A stretch of 47,104 bases of DNA from NCBI GenBank assembly GCA_043823785.1, contig JBDRAM010000026.1, forward strand, positions 1 to 47,104, given 5' to 3'. A program made the position numbers and the translations under genes. The DNA comes from Candidatus Omnitrophota bacterium. GTDB lineage: Bacteria; Omnitrophota; Gorgyraeia; JABMRG01. The notes beneath the pieces were generated by a model. That model did no database searches, was not told the origin of the DNA, and saw only the letters and a list, made by a program, of their open reading frames with translations. Shown here piece by piece: positions 8,745 through 18,433 of this stretch (position 1 is its first letter; the number at the start of each line of letters is the position of its first letter).

Positions 8745-9794
8745 TCACAAATTCTCGACTACCAGATCACCGACTTCACTGGTCGAATAACCCATCTTTC
8801 CGGCTGAAAGAGATTTTAGCTTATTCGCTGTCACATACATTATAGACTTCTCGAGTGACTCTGCTCCCCCTTCTTCACCTATATGGCTAAGAAGCATCTG
8901 TAAAGCTGCTATTGCCGCCAGAGGATTAATAACATTCTTGCCTGTGTATTTAGGGGCTGAACCACCGATAGGCTCAAACATAGAAACTCCTTTAGGATTT
9001 ATATTGCCGCCGGCAGCTATTCCCATGCCGCCTTGTATCATTGCTCCTAAATCAGTTATTATATCTCCAAACATATTATCCGTAACTATAACGTCAAACC
9101 ACTCTGGGTTTTTTATCATCCACATGCATGTAGCGTCTACATGAGCGTAGTCTGTCTTAATATCTGTATATTCCTTTGCCACCTCATCAAACGTCCTCTG
9201 CCAAAGGTCCCATGCATACGTCAATACATTTGTCTTTCCGCAAAGGGTAAGATTCTTCTTTTTGTCGCGTTTACGCGTAAATTCAAACGCATACCTTACG
9301 CAACGCTCAACTCCTTTACGCGTATTATACGATATCTGGGTAGCCACTTCATCTTGCGTGCCTTTATCTCTAAACTCGCCCATTCCTTTGTAAAGGCCTT
9401 CGTTATTCTCACGCACTACCACAAAATCAATATCATCGGGCCCCTTATCCTTAATAGGCGTCCATACACCAGGATATAATTTAACAGGGCGAAGATTTAT
9501 ATACTGCTCAAGCTCAAATCTGGTATGGAGCAATATCCCTTTCTCAAGTATGCCGGGTTTGACATCAGGATGGCCTATAGCTCCCAGATATATAACATCA
9601 AACTTCTTAAGTTCATCTATTCCGTTTTCAGGCATAACTTCGCCAGTCTTGAGATATCTCTCACCGCCCCAGTCAAAGGTAGTAGTCTCATATTTAAAAT
9701 TAAACTTTTTTGAAAGTGCCTTTAAAACCTTAAGGCCCTCTCTTACAACCTCAGGCCCTGTGCCATCTCCGGGCATAACCGCTATCTTGTACAT
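8745..9794 (-). CDS. leuB: 3-isopropylmalate dehydrogenase
   Basis: GDGTGPEV, NLRPVK, VVRENNEG, NMFGDIITD, FEPIGGSAP; next to leuCD. Confidence 0.9.
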   Translation of the reverse strand: MYKIAVMPGDGTGPEVVREGLKVLKALSKKFNFKYETTTFDWGGERYLKTGEVMPENGIDELKKFDVIYLGAIGHPDVKPGILEKGILLHTRFELEQYINLRPVKLYPGVWTPIKDKGPDDIDFVVVRENNEGLYKGMGEFRDKGTQDEVATQISYNTRKGVERCVRYAFEFTRKRDKKKNLTLCGKTNVLTYAWDLWQRTFDEVAKEYTDIKTDYAHVDATCMWMIKNPEWFDVIVTDNMFGDIITDLGAMIQGGMGIAAGGNINPKGVSMFEPIGGSAPKYTGKNVINPLAAIAALQMLLSHIGEEGGAESLEKSIMYVTANKLKSLSAGKMGYSTSEVGDLVVENL

Positions 9795-9827
9795 TAACTT
9801 CTCCTGGTATAATACGTTAAAAACCCT

Positions 9828-9962
9828 GGTCAGGTAGTAGGGTTAGGGTCAGGATGCCTGTTTAGTGTTTGGGTCAGGTAGTAGGTATGTTCTTGTATTT
9901 TCACCAACTACCTAACCTAACTACTATGCTGGCTTCCTGACCTTTACCTAACAACATGACCT
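9828..9962. repeat. inverted degenerate ~6-bp arrays (GGTCAG/GGTTAG versus CTAACC/CTGACC)
   Basis: ggtcaggtagtagggttagggtcagg ... ctacctaacctaactact ... cctgacctttacctaac. Confidence 0.6.
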
Positions 9963-9969
9963 CTCGTTT

Positions 9970-10461
9970 TCATTTTACCCTATTACTTATATACTTCATC
10001 AAGCCGCCGGCTGTGATGAGCTTTTGCATAAACTCAGGAAACGGCTGTGTATTATACTCATCACCGGTAGTATTATTCATGATCTTGCCTTTAGCTAAAT
10101 CTATTGACAGGTTATCGCCTTCTTTAATTTTTTTAGCTGCCTCTGAGCTTTCTAAAATGGGTAGTCCTATGTTAATCGCGTTCCTGTAAAAGATACGCGC
10201 AAAACTTTCCGCTACAACACAAGAAACCCCGCATACCTTTATAGAAAGAGGCGCATGCTCTCTCGACGAGCCGCAGCCAAAATTTCTTCCGCCTACAATA
10301 ATATCGCCCTTCTTTACCTTTTTAGCGAAAGAGGGGTCCGCATCTTCCATGCAATGCGCACCAAGCACCTTTGGGTCTATGGTATTAAGATAACGTGCCG
10401 GAATTATCTCATCCGTATTTACGTTATCACCAAACTTATATGCTTTACCTTTTAATTTCAT
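9970..10461 (-). CDS. leuD: 3-isopropylmalate dehydratase small subunit
   Basis: GDNVNTDEIIP, NFGCGSSREHA, SFARIFYRNAIN; start moved to MKLKGK. Confidence 0.94.
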   Translation of the reverse strand: MKLKGKAYKFGDNVNTDEIIPARYLNTIDPKVLGAHCMEDADPSFAKKVKKGDIIVGGRNFGCGSSREHAPLSIKVCGVSCVVAESFARIFYRNAINIGLPILESSEAAKKIKEGDNLSIDLAKGKIMNNTTGDEYNTQPFPEFMQKLITAGGLMKYISNRVK

Positions 10462-10482
10462 CCTTTTCACTCTCTCACTCTC

Positions 10483-10543
10483 TAACCAGGTTAAAAATGG
10501 CACTTTTTAACCTGGTTAAAAACATGGGTTTTTAACCAGGTTA
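10483..10543. repeat. three alternating copies of the near-palindrome TAACC(A/T)GGTTA, 25-bp period
   Basis: taaccaggttaaaaa tggcac tttttaacctggttaaaaa catggg tttttaaccaggtta. Confidence 0.75.
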
Positions 10544-11803
10544 GATTTCGTCTGGGTGCGCAATCCGCCCCTTTATCGCGCTTGCCGCGGCTACCGCGGG
10601 GTTTGAAAGATATACAAAGGATTTTGGATGCCCCATCCTTCCTACAAAATTTCTGTTTGTAGTGGCTATCGCGACCTCACCTTCCGCCAATATGCCAGCG
10701 TGTCCGCCTAAACATGGGCCGCATGTGGGCGTTTCAACAGCAGCGCCCGCGTTTACAAATATTTCAAGAAGGCCCTCTTTTATCGCCTGAAGATATATCT
10801 TTTGGGTTGCGGGTATTACTATCATACGCACACGCGAATTTACCTTCTTCCCCTTTATGATCTTTGCGGCTATGCGCAGGTCAGATATTCTTCCGTTTGT
10901 GCATGAACCTATAACCGACTGGTCTATTGAGACATTTCTTAGCTTACTGACACCTTTTACATTACTCGGTAAGTGAGGGCAAGCAATCTGCGGCTCAATC
11001 TTTGATATATCCCATTCATAGACTTTTTTATACATCGCATCTTTATCCGATTTATAATATACAGTTCTTCTTTTACGAGCAACTAACCCCTCGTACCCCC
11101 TAGTAATAGCATCAGGTTCAATAATACCGTTTTTTCCGCCTGCCTCAATAGCCATATTGCACATCGCGAATCTATCATCCATGGGAAGTTTTTTTATCGC
11201 AGGGCCTTGAAACTCCATAGCCATATATAAAGCACCGTCAACGCCTATCTTTCCTATGGTAAAGAGCATCATATCTTTACCGCCGACCCACTTCCCTGCC
11301 TTTCCTTTATATATAAACTTAATAGATTCAGGCACCTTAAACCAGCAGCGGCCTGTTGCCATTACTGCCGCGAGGTCTGTCGAGCCAACTCCTGTTGAAA
11401 AAGCTCCTAAAGCACCATATGTGCAGGTATGAGAATCCGCGCCAATTATCAGATCCCCGGGCCCTACTAACCCTTGCTCAGGCAAAAGCGCATGCTCAAC
11501 GCCTACTCTACCTTGCTCAAAATAATGTTTAATATTATATTTTTTGGCAAAATTTGCCAAAACCATGCACTGCCTTGCACTCGCCGCGTCCTTATTAGGT
11601 GTAAAGTGGTCCGGCACAAGAGCAACCCTGTTTCTGTCCCATACTTTCTTTACGCCTGCTTTTTCCAATTCCCTTATAGAGATAGGAGCTGTAATATCAT
11701 TACCCAGGCAAAAATCTACCTTTGCGTTTATAAATTCACCCGGCGAAACTCTTCTTTTACCGCAGTGTCTGGCTAGTATTTTTTCTGTAATAGTCTGTTT
11801 CAT
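10541..11803 (-). CDS. leuC: 3-isopropylmalate dehydratase large subunit
   Basis: ADSHTCTYGALGAF, GSCTNGR, CGPCLG, TTNRNFVGRMG. Confidence 0.95.
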   Translation of the reverse strand: MKQTITEKILARHCGKRRVSPGEFINAKVDFCLGNDITAPISIRELEKAGVKKVWDRNRVALVPDHFTPNKDAASARQCMVLANFAKKYNIKHYFEQGRVGVEHALLPEQGLVGPGDLIIGADSHTCTYGALGAFSTGVGSTDLAAVMATGRCWFKVPESIKFIYKGKAGKWVGGKDMMLFTIGKIGVDGALYMAMEFQGPAIKKLPMDDRFAMCNMAIEAGGKNGIIEPDAITRGYEGLVARKRRTVYYKSDKDAMYKKVYEWDISKIEPQIACPHLPSNVKGVSKLRNVSIDQSVIGSCTNGRISDLRIAAKIIKGKKVNSRVRMIVIPATQKIYLQAIKEGLLEIFVNAGAAVETPTCGPCLGGHAGILAEGEVAIATTNRNFVGRMGHPKSFVYLSNPAVAAASAIKGRIAHPDEI

Positions 11804-11806
11804 ATT

Positions 11807-12233
11807 CGTATTGCGTATTGAGTATTGCGTATTGCGTGTTAAAGTTTTTTAATAAGGTTAAAAACCATCCTTGAAATATGGTCTATTCTTTCTAGTATTT
11901 CTTGCTCTTCAGATTCTTTTAAGTATAATAAATTTTTAGCAATTGTAGCTTGTGTTTCGAGTTCTGCGCAACTTCCTAATGAAATATATAAAAAATGCCT
12001 GTATTCCTTGTTATGACGTCTTCTAAAGCCTTCTGCAACATTAGATGGAACTGATACAGATGCTCTTCTCATTTGACTACTTAATCCGTATATTTCAGTA
12101 TTTGGAAATTGATTAGTTAGCATATAAATTCTACTAACCAACTCAATAGACTTTTTCCAGATATCTAAATCTCTATATGTCTTTATTTTTCCATTCATCT
12201 TTACGCAATACACACGACGCACGACGCAATACG
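11807..12233 (-). mobile_element. putative cassette: four-helix-bundle gene between inverted GTATTGC-type 7-bp arrays
   Basis: Left arm 11807-11839, right arm 12202-12233; the same arms occur without a gene at 16180-16245 and 21570-21642. Confidence 0.7.
11839..12198 (-). CDS. four helix bundle protein (23S rRNA IVP / Avd-like superfamily)
   Basis: TYRDLDIW...FPNTEIYGLSSQMRRASVSVPSNVAEG...SLGSCAELETQ; start MNGKIK. Confidence 0.95.
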   Translation of the reverse strand: MNGKIKTYRDLDIWKKSIELVSRIYMLTNQFPNTEIYGLSSQMRRASVSVPSNVAEGFRRRHNKEYRHFLYISLGSCAELETQATIAKNLLYLKESEEQEILERIDHISRMVFNLIKKL

Positions 12234-12243
12234 AATTTCAATT

Positions 12244-12702
12244 TCACAGCCTAAGCATCATGGCCTGTTCATCGCAATTCGGGAACTTATGGCACTTAAG
12301 GCACTCTGTCCATATCTTATGCGGAAGTTTCTTTCTCGAAATATTCTTAAAACCAAACTTCCTAAAAAACTTTGGTACATATGTAAGGCAGAATACCTTC
12401 TTTGCCTTAAGCGCTTTGGCTTCTTTGAGCGCGGCATTTACCAACTTTCTGCCTATGCCTTTCTTAGCTTCTTTCTCATCTACTGCCAATGCCTTTATCT
12501 CCGCTAAGTCTTCCCAGCATACATGCAATGCGCAGCAGCCAAGTATCTTACTCCCTTTTGAAACAATAAAATAGTCCCTTATATTCTCATAGATCTCAAT
12601 AAGGGAGCGGGATAGCATGGCATCCTTTTTTGCATACCCAGCTATCATGCTTTGTATCTTCTTAGCATCCTTTATGTCTGCTTTCCTTAAAACTATGTTC
12701 AT
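12244..12702 (-). CDS. GNAT acetyltransferase, short ArgA-like N-acetylglutamate synthase
   Basis: IYENIRDY, WEDLAEIKALAV, LPHKIWTECLKCHKFPNCDE. Confidence 0.85.
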   Translation of the reverse strand: MNIVLRKADIKDAKKIQSMIAGYAKKDAMLSRSLIEIYENIRDYFIVSKGSKILGCCALHVCWEDLAEIKALAVDEKEAKKGIGRKLVNAALKEAKALKAKKVFCLTYVPKFFRKFGFKNISRKKLPHKIWTECLKCHKFPNCDEQAMMLRL

Positions 12703-12728
12703 AGTATTCTCCTAATATATGAGTAAGT

Positions 12729-12757
12729 ATTATATAATATATGGTGAGAGTTTGCAA
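12729..12757 (-). promoter_or_regulatory. sigma70 promoter TTGCAA-17-TATAAT for the argA-leu-asd-truA operon
   Basis: -35 at 12752-12757, -10 at 12729-12734. Confidence 0.55.
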
Positions 12758-12787
12758 GAAAATTGCTTTAGGTAACATCAGATATGG

Positions 12788-13432
12788 TTATAGTTTGATT
12801 ACGCGGTCGGAGATGAGTTTTATGACGGCGGGGTCGTGAGAGATGAATAACAGGGCAAGGTTCTCCTCTTTTTTAAGTTTCGAGAGAAGCTTTAAGATGC
12901 GAGCCTGAATGGGCAGGTCTAAAGACGATAAAGGCTCATCGCATATAAGAAGCTTTGGCTCTACTGAAAGAGCGCGCGCGATATTCACGCGCTGTCTTTC
13001 GCCTCCGGATAACTGATGCGGATATTTATCCAGGATGTCGGGCTTTAACTCAACTTTCTTCAGCAGCTCTTTTACTTTTTGCGGCATCTTTTTTCTGGTA
13101 GCCTTCTTGTGTATTATAAGCGGCTCACTCAAAATATCCTTTATACGCATCTTGGGATTTAGGCTCGCGAATGGATCCTGAAATACTATCTGGACCTTTT
13201 GCCTGAATTTTTTGAGAGTACTTCTCTTAAGCTTAAATATATCTTCACCACGATATAGTACTTTCCCCTCTGTGGGCTTTATTAAGCGCGCTACTATCTT
13301 TGCCAAAGTCGTTTTTCCGCAGCCGGATCTGCCGACAATGCCGACAGACTCACCATAGTCTATTTTTAGGCTTACGCTATCAAGGGCCTTTACGTCGTTA
13401 AAGTATTTTGTTACTTTTATGAGTTCTATCAT
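12788..13432 (-). CDS. peptide/nickel ABC transporter ATPase (OppF/DppF-like, short)
   Basis: GRSGCGKTT, VFQDP, LSGGERQR, CDEP. Confidence 0.92.
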   Translation of the reverse strand: MIELIKVTKYFNDVKALDSVSLKIDYGESVGIVGRSGCGKTTLAKIVARLIKPTEGKVLYRGEDIFKLKRSTLKKFRQKVQIVFQDPFASLNPKMRIKDILSEPLIIHKKATRKKMPQKVKELLKKVELKPDILDKYPHQLSGGERQRVNIARALSVEPKLLICDEPLSSLDLPIQARILKLLSKLKKEENLALLFISHDPAVIKLISDRVIKL

Positions 13433-13435
13433 AGT

Positions 13436-13461
13436 TTCGCCGCCAGGAGGCGGCTCCTACG
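13436..13461 (-). repeat. GTAG-type REP-like element
   Basis: cGTAGGAGCCGCCTCCTGGCGGCGAA; identical 26-bp copy at 31577-31602. Confidence 0.7.
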
Positions 13462-13474
13462 TTTAGCTATCCAC

Positions 13475-13508
13475 AATAGTAGGGCACGTTTAAACGTGCC
13501 CTACTATT
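13475..13508. repeat. perfect 34-bp palindrome, GTAGGG...CCCTAC REP-like
   Basis: aatagtagggcacgttt|aaacgtgccctactatt. Confidence 0.75.
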
Positions 13509-13510
13509 AG

Positions 13511-14305
13511 TTAAAGCTTTAGTCTCTCGGGCATAGAGTCGAGCAGCATCTGCGTATAAGCATGCTTGGGCTTTTCAAACAGTTTCGCTGTCTCTTCTAC
13601 CTCTACAATTTTACCATTGTACATAACTGCGGCTCTGTCTGCAAATCGCCTTACCAGACGTATGTCGTGAGTAATTATTAATATTGACAGAGACATCTCC
13701 TCGCGCAAGTCTGAAAGCAGTTGTAAAATCTCTGATTCTGTATCTACATCAAGCGCGGTTGTAGGTTCATCCGCTATAAGAAGTTTTGGCCTTGTGGATA
13801 TTGCCATAGCTATCATAGCGCGCTGTTTCATTCCGCCTGATAGCTGGTGTGGATATGACTTAAATACACGTTCGGGGTTATCCAGCCTTGCCTCTTTTAA
13901 AGAAGCCATGGCTTTAATCTTTGCTTCTTCTCTTGTCCTTACTATCCTGTGCACCAACAGCGCCTCCTTTATCTGTTCACCGATACTAAATACAGGATTT
14001 AGTGACGTTGCCGGTTCCTGAAATATATATGAGATACTCTTTCCGCGAATATCACGTAATTCATCCGCGGAAATTCTAAGAATATTTTTTCCTTCAAAAA
14101 CAACTGACCCTGATACAACCCTTCCATCTTTTGGGCCTATTAAGTTTGTAATAGAAAGCCCGAGTGTAGATTTGCCGCATCCTGACTCACCCACGAGCGC
14201 GAATATGCATCCCTTTGGTATCTTAAGGCGCACGCCATCAACAGCCTTTGTCTCTTTTTGATCCTTAAAATAGGATGTCTTTAGGTCGTTTATCTGTAAT
14301 ATCAT
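13511..14305 (-). CDS. peptide ABC transporter ATPase (OppD/DppD-like)
   Basis: GESGCGKS, YPHQLSGGMKQR, ADEPTTALDV. Confidence 0.93.
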   Translation of the reverse strand: MILQINDLKTSYFKDQKETKAVDGVRLKIPKGCIFALVGESGCGKSTLGLSITNLIGPKDGRVVSGSVVFEGKNILRISADELRDIRGKSISYIFQEPATSLNPVFSIGEQIKEALLVHRIVRTREEAKIKAMASLKEARLDNPERVFKSYPHQLSGGMKQRAMIAMAISTRPKLLIADEPTTALDVDTESEILQLLSDLREEMSLSILIITHDIRLVRRFADRAAVMYNGKIVEVEETAKLFEKPKHAYTQMLLDSMPERLKL

Positions 14306-14307
14306 AA

Positions 14308-15120
14308 TTACTTGTGTGGGCTAAAATATTCTCTTAAGCCCTCTCCTAACAGGTTATAACCTAAAACAGTTATGAATATCGCAAGCCCGGGAAATAACAT
14401 GAGCCACCAGCATACACCAAGAGATGATTTTCCTTCCATAAGAATATTTCCCCAACTTGGCGTCGGGGGTTGGACACCTAAACCCAAAAAGCTTAAAGCA
14501 GATTCTACCAATATCGCTGCCGCTATTCCTAAAACCGCGCTTACTAAAACAGGCGCTATAGCATTTGGTATAAGATGAAATACTATTATCCTAAAATCAC
14601 TCGCGCCTAAAGCGCGGGCTGCCAGAATAAATTCACGTTCTTTTAAGCTTAATATTTGAGCTCTTATAAGACGCGCTACCCCCATCCAGCTTGTTATTCC
14701 GATGACTATCATAATGTTCATAATATTCGGCTCCAATATCGCGACTACCGCAAGCATCAGAAAAAATGACGGGAAGCATAACATGATATCTACAAATCTC
14801 ATGAGAACCGCGTCTGCCTTTCCTCCGTAGTAGCCGGCAACAGAACCTATTATCATACCAATAAGCACTGATACCCCAACCGCTACAAAACCGATCGATA
14901 AAGATATTCTTGAGGCATAGACCATTCTGCTGAATACATCCCTGCCAAGATAATCTGTACCAAGGATATGTCGGCTTGAAGGCGCAAGCAGGGCTGATGG
15001 AATATCAACCTCTCCAGGATCATATGGCGCAATAAGAGGCGCGAATATCGCCGACAGAGCCAATATGCCAACCACTGTTGCGCCAAAAAGTGTGAGTTTA
15101 TTTTTTAGTAATTCTTTCAT
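14308..15120 (-). CDS. peptide ABC transporter permease (OppC/DppC-like)
   Basis: HILGTDYLGRD, EAA loop, ESALSFLGLGVQPPTPSWG. Confidence 0.94.
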   Translation of the reverse strand: MKELLKNKLTLFGATVVGILALSAIFAPLIAPYDPGEVDIPSALLAPSSRHILGTDYLGRDVFSRMVYASRISLSIGFVAVGVSVLIGMIIGSVAGYYGGKADAVLMRFVDIMLCFPSFFLMLAVVAILEPNIMNIMIVIGITSWMGVARLIRAQILSLKEREFILAARALGASDFRIIVFHLIPNAIAPVLVSAVLGIAAAILVESALSFLGLGVQPPTPSWGNILMEGKSSLGVCWWLMLFPGLAIFITVLGYNLLGEGLREYFSPHK

Positions 15121-15159
15121 GGTTTAGTGGGCTTTTTATTTTTCCCTTTTTACTTCCTG

Positions 15160-15191
15160 CCCCGTACCCGAGCGAAGCGAGTGGTTCGGGG
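15160..15191. repeat. short hairpin element CCCCGTACC...GGTTCGGGG with a GAGCGAAGCGA loop
   Basis: Imperfect inverted repeat; ends resemble the IR at 37766-37867. Confidence 0.5.
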
Positions 15192-15192
15192 T

Positions 15193-16170
15193 TTACTTAT
15201 CCCCATACCTTATCCTCGGATCCGCGAATGAGTATGATATGTCTGCCAAGATGTTACCTATCAACGTTAAGAACGCGCCTATGATTAATGCGGCCATTAT
15301 TACAGGATAATCCCTTCCCATTACTGATTCAAAAAAAAGTCTCCCCATTCCAGGTATGCCAAAAACAGACTCAAATATCACGCTTCCGCCTATAAGTCCT
15401 GGTATAGATAAACCAAGTATGGTTATTATAGGCAAAATAGCATTCTTAAGCGCGTGTTTATATATTACTGTTGATTCGGGTAACCCCTTAGCCCTTGCTG
15501 TCCTCACGTAGTCCTTATGAAGCACCTCAAGCATACTGCTTCGCATATAACGGCTCATGCCTGCTAATCCTCCGAAAGCAGATACAAATATTGGAAGTAA
15601 AAGGTGTTTGGCTATATCGAAAAATTTGCCCGCGCTTGATAGATTATCAAAATCTAAGGATGCTATTCCCTGCACCGGCAGCCAGCCCAGCCTTATTCCA
15701 AAAAAAGATATCAGCATAAGCCCCAGCCAGAAACCTGGCATCGCAAAACCCGTAAAGACAAATGCGGCCATGAAGCGATCATAGAAAGAGCCCTGCCTTA
15801 CAGCACTTGATACCCCTATGGGAATAGCTATCAGTAAGATAAGAAATATGGATAATATATTTATAAGAATGGTTATGGGGATTCTTTCCGCTATTTTTTC
15901 TTTTACTTTTCGGCCATCTCGGTATGAACTACCAAAATCGAGCATAATAATGCGCCTTACCCATCGCCAATATTGTATATAGAGAGGTTTATCAAGGTCA
16001 AACTGTTTTATGAGTTTTTCCCTGGCCTCAAATGATACCTTTACATTAAGACTCGTTTCTGCATCTACAGGAGTCCCTGGCGCAAGATGTATAACCGCAA
16101 ACGAGATAATCGAAATCCCAATAAGCATCGGAATAATAGATATTAGGCGTCTTATAATATAGTTTTTCAT
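15193..16170 (-). CDS. peptide ABC transporter permease (OppB/DppB-like)
   Basis: YIIRRL...[11 protein letters not shown]...KHALKNA...DPRIR; start moved to MKNYII because the longer start lies in a repeat array. Confidence 0.94.
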   Translation of the reverse strand: MKNYIIRRLISIIPMLIGISIISFAVIHLAPGTPVDAETSLNVKVSFEAREKLIKQFDLDKPLYIQYWRWVRRIIMLDFGSSYRDGRKVKEKIAERIPITILINILSIFLILLIAIPIGVSSAVRQGSFYDRFMAAFVFTGFAMPGFWLGLMLISFFGIRLGWLPVQGIASLDFDNLSSAGKFFDIAKHLLLPIFVSAFGGLAGMSRYMRSSMLEVLHKDYVRTARAKGLPESTVIYKHALKNAILPIITILGLSIPGLIGGSVIFESVFGIPGMGRLFFESVMGRDYPVIMAALIIGAFLTLIGNILADISYSFADPRIRYGDK

Positions 16171-16179
16171 AATACTGTC

Positions 16180-16255
16180 CGTATTGCGTATTGAGTATTG
16201 CGTATTGCGTGTAGTCGCGATACGCAATACGCACGACGCACGACGAGGCCTACGC
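16180..16255. repeat. inverted GTATTGC-type arrays, no gene between
   Basis: The 33-bp left arm is identical to 11807-11839. Confidence 0.85.
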
Positions 16256-17895
16256 TAATCCTTATACTTCTGCTGATTTTCCGGGACGTACCAGTCGATA
16301 AAGTTATAGCCGATGCCGGCGGGCGCTGGCTCTATGCCCTTAAACCTCTTGTGCACTATTGGCAAAGCATCCGCTACCCATAAAAACATATAGGGCTGCT
16401 CATCATATAGTATCTGGTGCGCCCTGTAATATATTCGGGCACGCTTATCCTGATCGAATGTGCGCCTGCCCTCATCAAGCAGTGCGTCAACTTCTTTGTT
16501 CTTATAGCTGATAAAATTAAATTCTCCCTCTCTTGTTTTTGATGAGTGCCAGATATCATAGCAATCCGGATCACGCGAAAGGCCCCAGCCAAGCAGTACA
16601 GCCTCAAATCTCTTCTTATTTACAAATTCCGTTAAAAAGACACTCCACTCAACTATCTTTATCTTTACATTTACACCTATATTTGTGAGTCTATGCTGTA
16701 TTATCTCAGCCGCAAGCTTTCGCTGATCATTGCCTTGATTTGTAAGTATAGTAAATGCGAAAACCCTGCCGTCTTTATCAAGCCATCCATCACCATCTGT
16801 ATCACTGTAACCTGCTTCATAAAGCAGCTCTTTAGCTTTCTCGGGATCAAATGGGTTGGGGCTTACATCTTTATTGTAAGCCCATGACTCCGGGACAAAA
16901 GGCCCTGTGCATATTCTGCCTAAACCCATTAAAACACCATCGATAAGCTCCTGTTTATCAACAGCCATGTTTAGGGCCTGTCTTACTCTTTTATCCTTGA
17001 ATCTATCATCAAGCAGGTTGTAACCGAGATAAGAATAACCGAATGCCGGATAGCGAAATTTATTATAATGAGCCTTAAAGAAATCTTTATCGGTCTGCCT
17101 ACGATATTGCAGAGGCGTCAAACCCATCATGTCTATACCTTCTGCCTGAAGTTCAAGAAACGTGGTCGCTGTATCAGGGATTATGCGGTAGATATATCTG
17201 TCAAAAAATGGACGGCCTTCGAAATAGTCATCATTAGCAGTTAGATCTATACGCTGAGCGCTATTCCATCTTAAAAACTTATACGGGCCTGTGCCTATAG
17301 GGTTACGGCTGTATTTTGTAGCACTTAGATCTTCATCCTTTAGTATATGTTTCGGGATAATCCACATACCCCAGGATGAGAGCGCGGGTGAAAAAGGTTC
17401 CTTGTATGTGACCTTTATGGTGTATGGATCTAAGACTTCAAAGGATTCTATTTTTAAGAAATCGCCGCTGTAAGGAGTCCTTACTTTAGGGTCGATCAGT
17501 TTCTCATAAGTAAACAACACATCTTCTGCTGTAAATGCTTCTCCGTCATGCCACCTTACATTCTGCTTAAGATGAAATATTATAACCTGGCCGCCTTCTT
17601 TTATCTCCCAGCTTTTGGCAAGCTCTCCTACTATATTTAAATTCTTATCATATTTGATTAATCCATTGTAGACTAATCCGCATATATCATGCGAAGCAGA
17701 GTCTGATGCTACGATAGGTATCAAGGTGGTGGCATCACCAATAGAACTTACAACTATAGAATCGCCATATGCAGGTTTTCCTTCTTCATCATAATCAACA
17801 GAAGGCATGCGGCTGCCGCATCCATAAAGGCCGGTGAAAATAAAAAAGACCGCTGAAATTATCAGCGGCCTTATATAAGGTTTTTTAAGACTCAT
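16255..17895 (-). CDS. peptide ABC transporter substrate-binding lipoprotein (family 5)
   Basis: Lipobox LYGC; WHDGEAFTAEDV; PIGTGPYKF. Confidence 0.94.
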   Translation of the reverse strand: MSLKKPYIRPLIISAVFFIFTGLYGCGSRMPSVDYDEEGKPAYGDSIVVSSIGDATTLIPIVASDSASHDICGLVYNGLIKYDKNLNIVGELAKSWEIKEGGQVIIFHLKQNVRWHDGEAFTAEDVLFTYEKLIDPKVRTPYSGDFLKIESFEVLDPYTIKVTYKEPFSPALSSWGMWIIPKHILKDEDLSATKYSRNPIGTGPYKFLRWNSAQRIDLTANDDYFEGRPFFDRYIYRIIPDTATTFLELQAEGIDMMGLTPLQYRRQTDKDFFKAHYNKFRYPAFGYSYLGYNLLDDRFKDKRVRQALNMAVDKQELIDGVLMGLGRICTGPFVPESWAYNKDVSPNPFDPEKAKELLYEAGYSDTDGDGWLDKDGRVFAFTILTNQGNDQRKLAAEIIQHRLTNIGVNVKIKIVEWSVFLTEFVNKKRFEAVLLGWGLSRDPDCYDIWHSSKTREGEFNFISYKNKEVDALLDEGRRTFDQDKRARIYYRAHQILYDEQPYMFLWVADALPIVHKRFKGIEPAPAGIGYNFIDWYVPENQQKYKD

Positions 17896-17946
17896 CTTTT
17901 ACAGAAGCATTAGACACTTTATCTTGGATAAGCGTCTGACAGCTTT

Positions 17947-18429
17947 CTATTCCTCTGTTTGCGCAGGCATTACCGTTTCAGAAGATACCATATCCTCGAC
18001 TGCCTTGATATCGCCTTCTGTAACAGGGAGGGTCTCTTCCCTTGTGACTGTTTCTTCCCCTGTTATGGGGTCTATCTCGACATGCTTAACCGTAGTCTTT
18101 GCTGCCCGCTTAACATCATCAGCCATGTCGGTAACCGCGGCTGGAAGTCCGGCTCCGGGAGGCATTATAATATTTGCGCCCTCCATAAGAGACTTCTGCC
18201 TTCTGCTTGATAATACAGCGAGAGACAACGATGTGCACAAAAAAAGCACCGCGCTTACAGTCGTGGCTTTAGTAAGAAAAGCAGATGCCTTCTGGCCGAA
18301 TATCGTAGTTTGCGAACCACCGCCGCCAAAGGTATCAGCTAGGCCTCCGCCTTTTCCTGCCTGAAGGAGGATTACCGCAACCATGATAAGTGAAACAATT
18401 ATATGCACTATTAGAATAAATATATACAT
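17947..18429 (-). CDS. secG: preprotein translocase subunit SecG with extended acidic C-tail
   Basis: ILLQAGKGGGLADTFGGG...FLTKAT; follows tpiA. Confidence 0.92.
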   Translation of the reverse strand: MYIFILIVHIIVSLIMVAVILLQAGKGGGLADTFGGGGSQTTIFGQKASAFLTKATTVSAVLFLCTSLSLAVLSSRRQKSLMEGANIIMPPGAGLPAAVTDMADDVKRAAKTTVKHVEIDPITGEETVTREETLPVTEGDIKAVEDMVSSETVMPAQTEE

Positions 18430-18433
18430 CTTA

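Noticed and set aside
7282-12198. Diversity-generating retroelement or 23S rRNA intervening sequence
   Set aside because: The four-helix proteins are Avd/IVP-like, but no reverse transcriptase, TR/VR pair or rRNA sequence is visible in the window
12703-12787. Leucine attenuator or T-box upstream of the leu operon
   Set aside because: No Leu-rich leader peptide or T-box motif; the leader is very short
6424-16227. Longer N-termini from the ORF track for the NSS transporter, asd, leuD, the second four-helix gene and oppB
   Set aside because: The extensions run through repeat arrays or past a better RBS; downstream starts match family N-termini
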